Position numbers and translations under genes: made by a program | In this document: positions 56,801 through 64,000 of the stretch, piece by piece | Layout: each line of letters opens with the position of its first letter | Position numbering within the stretch: position 1 is the stretch's first letter | From: an uncultured Actinomycetes bacterium | GTDB lineage: Bacteria > Actinomycetota > Thermoleophilia > Gaiellales > Gaiellaceae | Length of the DNA stretch: 64,000 nt | Assembly (NCBI GenBank): GCA_963811415.1 | Contig: CAWERG010000007.1 | Location: 182,173-246,172 of the forward strand | Direction of reading: 5' to 3' | The notes under the pieces: model-generated | Database searches by the model: none | Seen by the model: only the letters and a program-made list of their open reading frames with translations | Told to the model about the DNA's origin: nothing

Positions 56801-57631
56801 ATGAAGCCAATCCCCTTCGAGGACTACAAGGACAAGTTCCCACACATCAAGATGGAGCGCTCCGAGGACGGCATTCTCCTCATGCAGCTCCACAACGGTG
56901 AGGGCGGCGAGTTCGAGTGGTCATTCGACAACCACCATGAGGTCTCGTACGTGTGGCGCGACGTCGGCGGTGACCCCGGGAACAAGGTCATCATCCTGAC
57001 GGGCTCCGGCAACGCGTTCCTGCGCCGCGAGTATCTCCACGCGGGTGCGATCGACCGTTCCGGAATGGAGGACGCAGCGAACCGCGCGGTCGAGTGGATC
57101 GACGCGCACTCGCACGGCAAACGGCTCGAGTTCGACCTGATGGAGATTGAGCAGCCGATGATCGCGGCCCTGAACGGGCCATGCTCGATCCACGCCGAGA
57201 TCCCGCTGCTCTGCGACATCGTGCTGGCCGCGGAGCACACGATCCTGGCCGATGCCGTCCACTTCGAATTCGGTCTTGTCCCCGGCGACGGTGTTCAGAC
57301 CATCTTCCCGCTGCTGATGGGCTTCAACCGAGCGCGTTACTTCATGCTCACGGGTCAGGAGCTTTCCGCGAAAGAGTGCCTTGACCTCGGGTTGTTCAAC
57401 GAGGTCCTGCCGCGTGAGGACGTCGTGCCGCGCGCATACGAGCTCGCGCGGCAGATCCTGAAGTCGCCGCCGATGACGGTGAAGCTGTTCCGGCCGATCC
57501 TCATGCAGCAGGTGAAGCGCCTCATGCTCGACAGCGTGAGCCAAGGCCTGCTCGGCGAGGGCCTCGCGTTCGCAGCGCACTGGCCGCAGAACCCGATCAA
57601 AGTTCCAAAGACTCCGTACGACGACGAGTAG
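56801..57631 (+). CDS. Crotonase-family protein resembling 6-oxocamphor hydrolase (beta-diketone hydrolase)
   Basis: W....H, ILTGSG, NGPCSIHAE..CDIVLA, H...LVPGDG, EGLA. Confidence 0.8.
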   Translation: MKPIPFEDYKDKFPHIKMERSEDGILLMQLHNGEGGEFEWSFDNHHEVSYVWRDVGGDPGNKVIILTGSGNAFLRREYLHAGAIDRSGMEDAANRAVEWIDAHSHGKRLEFDLMEIEQPMIAALNGPCSIHAEIPLLCDIVLAAEHTILADAVHFEFGLVPGDGVQTIFPLLMGFNRARYFMLTGQELSAKECLDLGLFNEVLPREDVVPRAYELARQILKSPPMTVKLFRPILMQQVKRLMLDSVSQGLLGEGLAFAAHWPQNPIKVPKTPYDDE

Positions 57632-57656
57632 ACCGCCCGTGTGCGGGCCGGCGCGA

Positions 57657-57689
57657 GCGTAGCGGCCGTTGACTGACCGGCCGCTACGC
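57657..57689. terminator. 12-bp-stem hairpin between convergent genes
   Basis: GCGTAGCGGCCG-ttgactgac-CGGCCGCTACGC followed by ccgtttct. Confidence 0.65.
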
Positions 57690-57753
57690 CCGTTTCTGGT
57701 CGTCAGGCCTGTGGGGGCGCGATCGATTCGACGGACTGCCGTGCGGCATCTGT

Positions 57754-59202
57754 TCACCTCAGCTGCGACCGTGGTCGCCGTCGTCGGCCAGGGAGCATCA
57801 GGGCGGGCACCAACGCTGCGACCCCAACGGCTGCCAAGAGCGCGAACGTAGTGGAGAACGCTGACGATGCCGCGCCCGCGTCGATTCCGCCCGGACTGTC
57901 CACGACATCAGGCGCCCTCCTTTGGATCACGACCGCGGCCACCGCGACGCCAGCGGCTGCGCTGACTCGGCCGACCATGCTGAACGCGGCTGTTGCACCT
58001 GGAATGGCCGCGGAGTCCAGTGTTTCGTATCCGACCGCGTACGCCGCGATCATCATGGCACTGAGAGCCGCGCCACGGATTACGAGTCCCATGAGGAGTG
58101 ATGCATACCCTCCGGCGTCTCCGAGCAAGACCCACGGAACCGTTCCGAGCAGCACGAATACCGCCGCGATCGAAGCAACGCTGCGAGGCCCGTAGTGGTC
58201 GGTCAGGCTGCCGCTCGCAACCATGCCTAGCAGCGAGCCGAGACCCTGGGCGCCGACGAGGGCGCCCGCCACGATGGCGGACTGACCACGGACGCTCTCG
58301 AAGTAGAGCGGCACAACGGCAGCGCTGCCGAACAGAACGAAGTTGAAAAGTGCAGCGATTGCGACCGGCGCAGCGAACGTCCGCTTCTTGAACAGGGAGA
58401 TGTTCAGTAGCGCACGCTGCCCTCGTCTCTGGGCATGGAGCACAAAAGCGATGGTCAGGAGGGCGCCACAGCCCATCACGAGCCAGGCCCGCTTCTCCGT
58501 CGCGCCGTGGCCCAGCAGGGAGAGGCCGTAGACGACAAGGACGAGACCGCTCGAGAGCAGGGCGAGGCCCCCGAGATCTAGTGGGCCAGACGGCTCCGGT
58601 TCGTCATCGTGGAGCACGCGCGCGCTGAGCGCCAGCCCAACTCCGGCGATCGGGACGCAGATCAAGAAAACCCACCGCCAGCTAAGCCCGACGATCAGCA
58701 CACCGCCGAGCAGCGGCCCGAACACGGGTACTACGAGGATTGGCGCGTTCAGCACGCTCATGGCCTTGGCGATGCCCACGCCACGCGCGGCGCGCACGAC
58801 GACCGCCTGTCCGAGCGGAAACAGGATGCCGCCGGCAAGTCCCGTGATGTAGCGAGAAGCGATGAGCATTCCGATAGACCACGAGATTCCGGACAACGCC
58901 GATGCCACCATGAAAACAGCGAGCGCTCCGAGGAGCAGGCGCTTCACGCCCAAGCGTGCACTCGCCCAGCTCGTGAGCGCCACCGATGTCATGAGGCCTA
59001 GGACGAAGGCGGTCGAGGCCCATTGGATCGTTGCCAAGGGAGCGTTGAGATCTCGACTCATCGCCGGCATGGCGACGTTGACGATGATCATGCTCAACGT
59101 GACCACTCCCATGGCTATGCTCGCCGCCGCCGAGACGAGACCCATCCCGGGCGCGGTTGATTCGACGGGTGCGGCGGGGAGCGTAGTGTCGGTAGCGTTC
59201 AT
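57754..59202 (-). CDS. DHA2 family MFS transporter
   Basis: IVNVAMP, IQW, GPLLGG..WRWVF, LDLGG; about 14 TM segments. Confidence 0.9.
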   Translation of the reverse strand: MNATDTTLPAAPVESTAPGMGLVSAAASIAMGVVTLSMIIVNVAMPAMSRDLNAPLATIQWASTAFVLGLMTSVALTSWASARLGVKRLLLGALAVFMVASALSGISWSIGMLIASRYITGLAGGILFPLGQAVVVRAARGVGIAKAMSVLNAPILVVPVFGPLLGGVLIVGLSWRWVFLICVPIAGVGLALSARVLHDDEPEPSGPLDLGGLALLSSGLVLVVYGLSLLGHGATEKRAWLVMGCGALLTIAFVLHAQRRGQRALLNISLFKKRTFAAPVAIAALFNFVLFGSAAVVPLYFESVRGQSAIVAGALVGAQGLGSLLGMVASGSLTDHYGPRSVASIAAVFVLLGTVPWVLLGDAGGYASLLMGLVIRGAALSAMMIAAYAVGYETLDSAAIPGATAAFSMVGRVSAAAGVAVAAVVIQRRAPDVVDSPGGIDAGAASSAFSTTFALLAAVGVAALVPALMLPGRRRRPRSQLR

Positions 59203-59281
59203 CGTCGCTCGACGCGCTTGATGGACTGAGGATTGCCGATTCTGTAGGGTTCTGCGGATCCACCAACTGGCAGGTAGAAGT

Positions 59282-60046
59282 ATGAGTATCCTCAATCACG
59301 CGACCACAACACAGCTTCCGCCCGTGATGGCTCCGGACGTGTTGCTCGAGGCCAGAGGCCTGTCCGCTGGGTACCACAAGCACCCGGTCGTTGAAGGTAT
59401 CGATCTCGAGGTGCGGGCGGGCGAGGTCGTGGCCCTGCTGGGCCCAAACGGCGCGGGGAAGACGACGACGTTGCTGGCGTTGACGGGCGAGTTGCCGCCG
59501 CTCTCTGGAGACGTCCTCTTCCGCGGCGAACGAACGACGTCGCCGCTCCATCGCCGGGCACGGAACGGGCTCGCGTTCGTTCCCGAGGAGCGATCCGTCT
59601 TTCCTCAGCTGACCGCCGGAGAAAACCTGAAGATCGGCCGAGGCGACGACGACATCGCGCTCGGGCTGTTTCCGGAGCTCAAGCCGCTGCTCAAGCGACG
59701 AGGCGGGCTCCTCTCCGGAGGCGAGCAGCAGATGCTCACGCTTGCGCGCGCCCTCTCCCGGCAGCCGGTGCTGTTGCTCGCGGACGAGTTGTCGCTTGGT
59801 CTGGCGCCGCTCGTGGTCCAGCGCCTGCTGAAGGCCGTCAGGGCAGCTGCGGATGAGAATGGCGTCGGCGTCCTCCTTGTCGAGCAGCACGTCAAGCAGG
59901 CTCTTCGCGTGGCTGATCGCGTGCTCGTCATGCGCGGTGGGCGCGTCGTGCTGGCCGGGACGGTCGCCGAGGTTGAAGGCCAGTTGGAAGAGGCGTATCT
60001 CTCTGGCGGCGACGATTCGGCTGGCAAGCCAGAAGCCCCGAGCTGA
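59282..60046 (+). CDS. LivF-like ABC ATPase
   Basis: GPNGAGKTT, VPE.R.VF..LT..ENL, LSGGEQQML, DELSLGLAP, VEQH. Confidence 0.92.
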   Translation: MSILNHATTTQLPPVMAPDVLLEARGLSAGYHKHPVVEGIDLEVRAGEVVALLGPNGAGKTTTLLALTGELPPLSGDVLFRGERTTSPLHRRARNGLAFVPEERSVFPQLTAGENLKIGRGDDDIALGLFPELKPLLKRRGGLLSGGEQQMLTLARALSRQPVLLLADELSLGLAPLVVQRLLKAVRAAADENGVGVLLVEQHVKQALRVADRVLVMRGGRVVLAGTVAEVEGQLEEAYLSGGDDSAGKPEAPS

Positions 60047-60519
60047 GCCGAGACGTCGTCGAGCGGCTCAGGCGCCTGGAGGACGAGCAGTCGATCCGGG
60101 AAACCCTTCACGCTTACGGACATGCGCTCGATGAGGGCCGGGCAGAGGAGTTCCTCGATTGCTGGACGGATGACGCAGTGCTTCTCTGGGCCCCCACGCC
60201 CGAGCGCGACGTCGGGTTCGTCGAGCGCCGGCTGGTGGGACGAGGGGCGATCGCCGCTGCCTTCCACGGGCATACGCATGCTCCGGAGATGTTCCATAAG
60301 CACCTACTGTTTCAGCCGCAGATCCGACTTGACGGAGATCATGCGACGGTCGAAAGCGGGTTCGCCCGGCTCGATGAAGGCCCGCAGGGTCCGGTGCTGC
60401 GGAGCTTTGGTCGCTACCTCGACGAACTGACGCGGTGCCAGGATGGACGGTGGCGGTTTGCTCGGCGCGAGGCGTTCATCCAGAGCAACGTCCCCCCAGG
60501 CAGGGCAGCCGGCGCGTAG
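60043..60519 (+). CDS. SnoaL/NTF2-like protein; probable CTG start
   Basis: RLRRLEDEQSIRETLHAYGHALD..F.DCWTDDA lies in frame upstream of the ORF-track start; HKH, GRYLD..GRWRF. Confidence 0.8.
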   Translation: MSRDVVERLRRLEDEQSIRETLHAYGHALDEGRAEEFLDCWTDDAVLLWAPTPERDVGFVERRLVGRGAIAAAFHGHTHAPEMFHKHLLFQPQIRLDGDHATVESGFARLDEGPQGPVLRSFGRYLDELTRCQDGRWRFARREAFIQSNVPPGRAAGA

Positions 60520-60761
60520 ACGCCGGCTCGTGGAGCCTCTAGGAGTGCTGGAAGTCCGCAGCGCGCGAGCCAGCTCGACGTGCCCTACGAACTGTGAGCG
60601 ACGGTGGCTTCGAGAGTCTGAGCGGCGGCCGTTTCAGAATGCGCATCTGCTTGATAGGCTCGCTGTCCCGCCACTAGTCGATGCGTGAACGAGCTGCCGG
60701 TCAAGTGGAACCATGGCTGGGCCGGCAAGCTCGGAGTTGACGATCTCCTCGGGAGGCTGCG

Positions 60762-62081
60762 ATGCTACCCAACACGACATCCGAAGACGTGGCTGGCACG
60801 GCGCCTCTCGGGCTGCCGGCGATCAAGCCGTTCGCCCCCGACTTCCAGGAGACGGCGTACGAGGTCTACCGCGAGCTGCAGGCCACCCAGCCGGTGTTCG
60901 AGGTGCCGGGAGAGAATCTTGTCCTCGTCACGCGACATGAACTGATTGCGCCGGTCGTCCGGAACACATCGACCTTTTCATCCGCCTTCGGGCAGCCGAG
61001 CGAGCAGTACAAGGGAAACGTTGCCGCCGAGATCGCCGAGATCGCGTCAACGGGCTGGCCGTATCTTCCGGTGATGCTCACGTCGGATCCGCCCCAGCAC
61101 ACGCGCTATCGCGGGACGGTCGCGCCGTATTTCACGCCGCGGCGCATCGAGAAGCTCCGCCCGGTACTCGAGCAGATTGCTGCGCGGCTGATCGACGCCT
61201 TCCCAGAAAGCGAGCCGTTCGACATTGTTCCTAGTCTGGCCGTCGCCCTTCCGATCGAGGCAATCGCGGCCGTCCTGCACCTGCCCAACGAGCGCCTCGC
61301 CGACTTCAAGCGCTGGAGCGATGACGCCACCGCGGGCACGGGAGCGACGCCGTCTGACGAGCGCCTGCTGGAGGCTGCACGAGGCATCGTCGAGCTCCAG
61401 CGGTACCTCGCCGAGCAACTGGAACAGCGTCGCCGCGAGCCGATCGACGACCTGATGACCGACCTCGTTCAGGCCGAGATCGAGACCGACGAGCTCGACG
61501 CCGACGGGTCGCCGCTGCGGAGGCCGCTCGAGATGGCCGAGATGCTCTCGATCGTGCGGCAGCTGCTGGCCGCGGGAAACGAGACCTCAACGAACGCGCT
61601 CGCCGAAGGAGTGCGCCTCCTGGCGGAGAACCCCTCGGAGTGGCGCAAGCTGAAGGCTGACCCCAGTCGCGCAGCGGCGGTGACAGAAGAGGTGCTGCGC
61701 CTAGCGGCTCCCGTAAGCGGCATGTACCGGATCGCCACACACGACACCGAGCTCGGAGGGTGTCCGGTCCTGCGTGGCGCGCGTCTCGTGCCCATGTTCG
61801 CGGCCGCGAATCGCGACCCGGACGTTTTCGGTCCGGATCCCGACGCGTTCGACCCCGACCGGTCCAACCTCCGCGAGCACGTCACGTTCGGAAAGGGCAT
61901 CCACTTCTGCATCGGCGCACCGCTGGCTCGCCTGGAGCTGGAGGTAGCATTCGACAGCCTCTCTCGCAGGGTCGAGACGATCCAGCTCGTGCCGGACCAG
62001 GAGCTTCGCTATCACCCGAGCTTCCTGCTCCGCGGGCTAAAAGCGATCGACGTGGTCGTCACGAAAAACCGCGTCGGGTAG
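60762..62081 (+). CDS. Cytochrome P450
   Basis: DPPQHTRYR, AGNETS, EEVLR, ANRDP, FGKGIHFCIG. Confidence 0.95.
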   Translation: MLPNTTSEDVAGTAPLGLPAIKPFAPDFQETAYEVYRELQATQPVFEVPGENLVLVTRHELIAPVVRNTSTFSSAFGQPSEQYKGNVAAEIAEIASTGWPYLPVMLTSDPPQHTRYRGTVAPYFTPRRIEKLRPVLEQIAARLIDAFPESEPFDIVPSLAVALPIEAIAAVLHLPNERLADFKRWSDDATAGTGATPSDERLLEAARGIVELQRYLAEQLEQRRREPIDDLMTDLVQAEIETDELDADGSPLRRPLEMAEMLSIVRQLLAAGNETSTNALAEGVRLLAENPSEWRKLKADPSRAAAVTEEVLRLAAPVSGMYRIATHDTELGGCPVLRGARLVPMFAAANRDPDVFGPDPDAFDPDRSNLREHVTFGKGIHFCIGAPLARLELEVAFDSLSRRVETIQLVPDQELRYHPSFLLRGLKAIDVVVTKNRVG

Positions 62082-62096
62082 TTACCGGCGACTACG

Positions 62097-62501
62097 ATGG
62101 ATGCTTCGCTGCGGCGTCTCGTGAACGAGGCGCGTGTGGCGCGTCTCGCCACGATTGACGACGACGGTCGACCCCATCTCGTCCCGATCGTCTTCGCGCT
62201 TGAGCGGGATATTCTCTACTCGGCAGTCGACCTGAAGCCCAAGCGAACGACGACGCTCAGGCGCGTCGAGAATGCCCGCCGCCGTCCGGATGTGACTGTC
62301 CTCGTCGACGAATACCTGGACGACTGGACGCGCCTCTGGTGGGTGAGGCTTCGCGGGCGGGCACGGGTGCTGGACGGGGGCATCGAGGCACAGGCGGCGA
62401 TTGCGGCGCTCGTTGCGCGATACGAGCAGTACAGGGACGCTCCTCCGCACGTGCCCGTCCTTGCGATCGAGATCGAGGAATGGAGCGGCTGGTCGCCGTG
62501 A
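62097..62501 (+). CDS. PPOX class probable F420-dependent enzyme (Rv0121-like)
   Basis: RVARLAT..GRPHLVP, AVD.KPK..LRR..N, D.Y.DDW..LWWVR, RYEQY. Confidence 0.88.
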   Translation: MDASLRRLVNEARVARLATIDDDGRPHLVPIVFALERDILYSAVDLKPKRTTTLRRVENARRRPDVTVLVDEYLDDWTRLWWVRLRGRARVLDGGIEAQAAIAALVARYEQYRDAPPHVPVLAIEIEEWSGWSP

Positions 62502-62508
62502 ATTGCTG

Positions 62509-63288
62509 TCAGCTGACGGCGTTATGCGCGTCGCGCCACGCCAGGAGCTCTCGCAGCGGACCGAGGTCATACGGCGCCCTGCCTCCCCAGACCAGGAACG
62601 TCGTGCCCACGTCGACGAGCTCATCGGGGTCGGCCATGCTTCCGTCTTGGAGCCGCACCATCGCGGACCGCTCGATCTCTGCCGGATCGCGCCCTACCTG
62701 TCCGCACCAGTCGTCGAGCACGGCGTTCTTGTGACGAAGTACCTCGGGATCGTCGAAGCCGTGCCAGATGTTCGCGTGCTCGGCCGTAATGCGTAGCGTC
62801 ACTTTCTCGCCCCCGCCGCCGATCAGGATCGGCATCTCACGGAGCGGTGGTGGGTTCAGCCGGGCGAGACGATCCTTGATCACCGGCAGATTGGCCGAGA
62901 GTGAGCGCAGGCGGCTCCCGGCGGTGCCGAACTCGTAGCCGTACTCGTCGTAGTCCTTCTCGAACCAGCCGGCTCCGATGCCGAGGACGAAGCGGCCGCC
63001 GGAGATGTGGTCGATCGTGCGCGCCATATCTGCGACGAGGTTCGGGTTGCGGTAGGAGTTGCAGAGGACGAGTGTGCCGATCTCGGCTCGCTCTGTGACC
63101 TCTGCGAGCGCTGCGAGGAGGCTCAGTCCCTCGAAGTGCATGCCCTCGGGCTCGCCCGTCAGTGGATAGAAGTGATCCCAGGCAAAGATCATGTCAGCGC
63201 CAAGCTGATCCGCCTCGGCGCACGCGTTTCGCCAGGAGCGATAGTCGACGTGCATCTGCGGGAACGTTGCGCCGACCCGAACCCTCAT
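62509..63288 (-). CDS. LLM class probable F420-dependent oxidoreductase (MSMEG_2906-like)
   Basis: [46 protein letters not shown]. Confidence 0.9.
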   Translation of the reverse strand: MRVRVGATFPQMHVDYRSWRNACAEADQLGADMIFAWDHFYPLTGEPEGMHFEGLSLLAALAEVTERAEIGTLVLCNSYRNPNLVADMARTIDHISGGRFVLGIGAGWFEKDYDEYGYEFGTAGSRLRSLSANLPVIKDRLARLNPPPLREMPILIGGGGEKVTLRITAEHANIWHGFDDPEVLRHKNAVLDDWCGQVGRDPAEIERSAMVRLQDGSMADPDELVDVGTTFLVWGGRAPYDLGPLRELLAWRDAHNAVS

Positions 63289-63342
63289 GTTCTCTCCTCC
63301 CGTCGCCAGAACTGTCAGAACAAGCTACCGGACGTCGTACGT

Positions 63343-63664
63343 ACACCCGTACAGGTTCGTGAGGTCGGGGTACTGTCGTTGGGGAAAGAGGGCTTTTGTA
63401 CCTAGCGGTCGGATTGCGCGCCCTGTCGGTGGTGCCGCGCGTGTGTCATGGTGACCGCTCCTTCGAGAGAAGATGAGAGTAGCCTGAGGACTCGCGCAGA
63501 CGCTCCGCCAGCGAGTGTCCCAGACGGAGGCGCGGAACTTCGCGGCGACTCCACATCGCCGAGGGCGGTGGGTCCTCGCGCCGTCACCGTGCGCGAGGAC
63601 TGACGCAGTTCCTCGTTCTCCATGATCCGCCTGGGCAGAGGGGTACCGTAACCTGTACGGTTGT
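63343..63664. repeat. Distant inverted repeat pair (14/15 identity) in a divergent intergenic region
   Basis: ACACCCGTACAGGTT (63343-63357) vs AACCTGTACGGTTGT (63650-63664). Confidence 0.55.
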
Positions 63665-63673
63665 CGAGCGCTG

Positions 63674-64000
63674 ATGCAGAGCACGATCACACCTTTTCGC
63701 GCGAGCATTCCTGAGAACGATCTCGTCGATCTGCGAGCGAGGTTGCGCCGTACCCGCTGGCCCGACTCGGAGACTGTCGAGGACTGGAGCCAGGGTGTGC
63801 CGTTGCGCTGGCTCCAGGAGCTCTGCGCCTACTGGCAGGACGACTACGACTGGCGCCGATGTGAGCGACGGCTGAACGAGCTACCGCAATTCGTCACGTC
63901 GATCGACGGGAGCGACGTTCATTTTCTTCATCTTCGCTCGCCCGATCCGAGTGCGACTCCGCTGTTGCTGACGCACGGTTGGCCGGGCGCAGTACTGGAG
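63674..64000 (+). CDS. Epoxide hydrolase, N-terminal part (3' truncated; absent from the ORF track)
   Basis: ITPFR..DL.DLRARL..TRWP..DWSQGVP..YW..DYDWR..E..LN..PQF..PLLLTHGWPG. Confidence 0.92.
   Translation, partial: MQSTITPFRASIPENDLVDLRARLRRTRWPDSETVEDWSQGVPLRWLQELCAYWQDDYDWRRCERRLNELPQFVTSIDGSDVHFLHLRSPDPSATPLLLTHGWPGAVLE

Noticed and set aside
12031-64000. Mobile element call for the island
   Set aside because: No integrase, transposase, att-like direct repeat or conjugation gene seen in the window

Overview
High-GC actinobacterial DNA. The gene content and style suggest Thermoleophilia/Gaiellales, which is an inference. Positions 1-12.0 kb are housekeeping: the pckA 3' end, a non-classical sdhA-sdhB-HdrB-like (type E) succinate dehydrogenase, two metallophosphoesterases, a GNAT-like gene, and the minus-strand dnaX-ybaB-recR and lysC-asd genes. 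From 12.2 kb to the end lies a >50 kb catabolic island with no integrase, transposase, tRNA, rRNA or CRISPR that I could recognise. It carries SDRs, a thiol dioxygenase plus sulfite-oxidase module, a Liv-type ABC importer with an unknown secreted partner, sulfotransferase plus CysQ, two acyl-CoA ligases, CoA transferase, crotonases, carboxyltransferase, KstD, a flavin ene-reductase, a Mo-hydroxylase, a MaoC pair, acyl-CoA dehydrogenase, two P450s with ferredoxin, four F420-family enzymes, three SnoaL/NTF2 proteins and an epoxide hydrolase. This set is consistent with breakdown of a steroid-like or alicyclic compound. Main sequence-level observations: (i) three genes appear able to start only at CTG, two of them in CTGAGC stop/start overlaps that mirror the ATGAGC/GTGAGC/TTGAGC junctions used elsewhere in the window, and one P450 has a candidate ATC start; (ii) many genes show a leaderless TAnnnT-6/7nt-start architecture, which reveals a hidden uORF coupled to the sulfotransferase; (iii) DnaX lacks its zinc-binding cysteines; (iv) the aspartokinase ACT1 domain is degenerate; (v) there is a GTAG-type REP doublet. 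Clusters of single-base indels (29.9-34.6 kb, 45.6-46.4 kb and a few isolated ones) are most likely sequencing or polishing errors and create false gene fusions in the ORF track.
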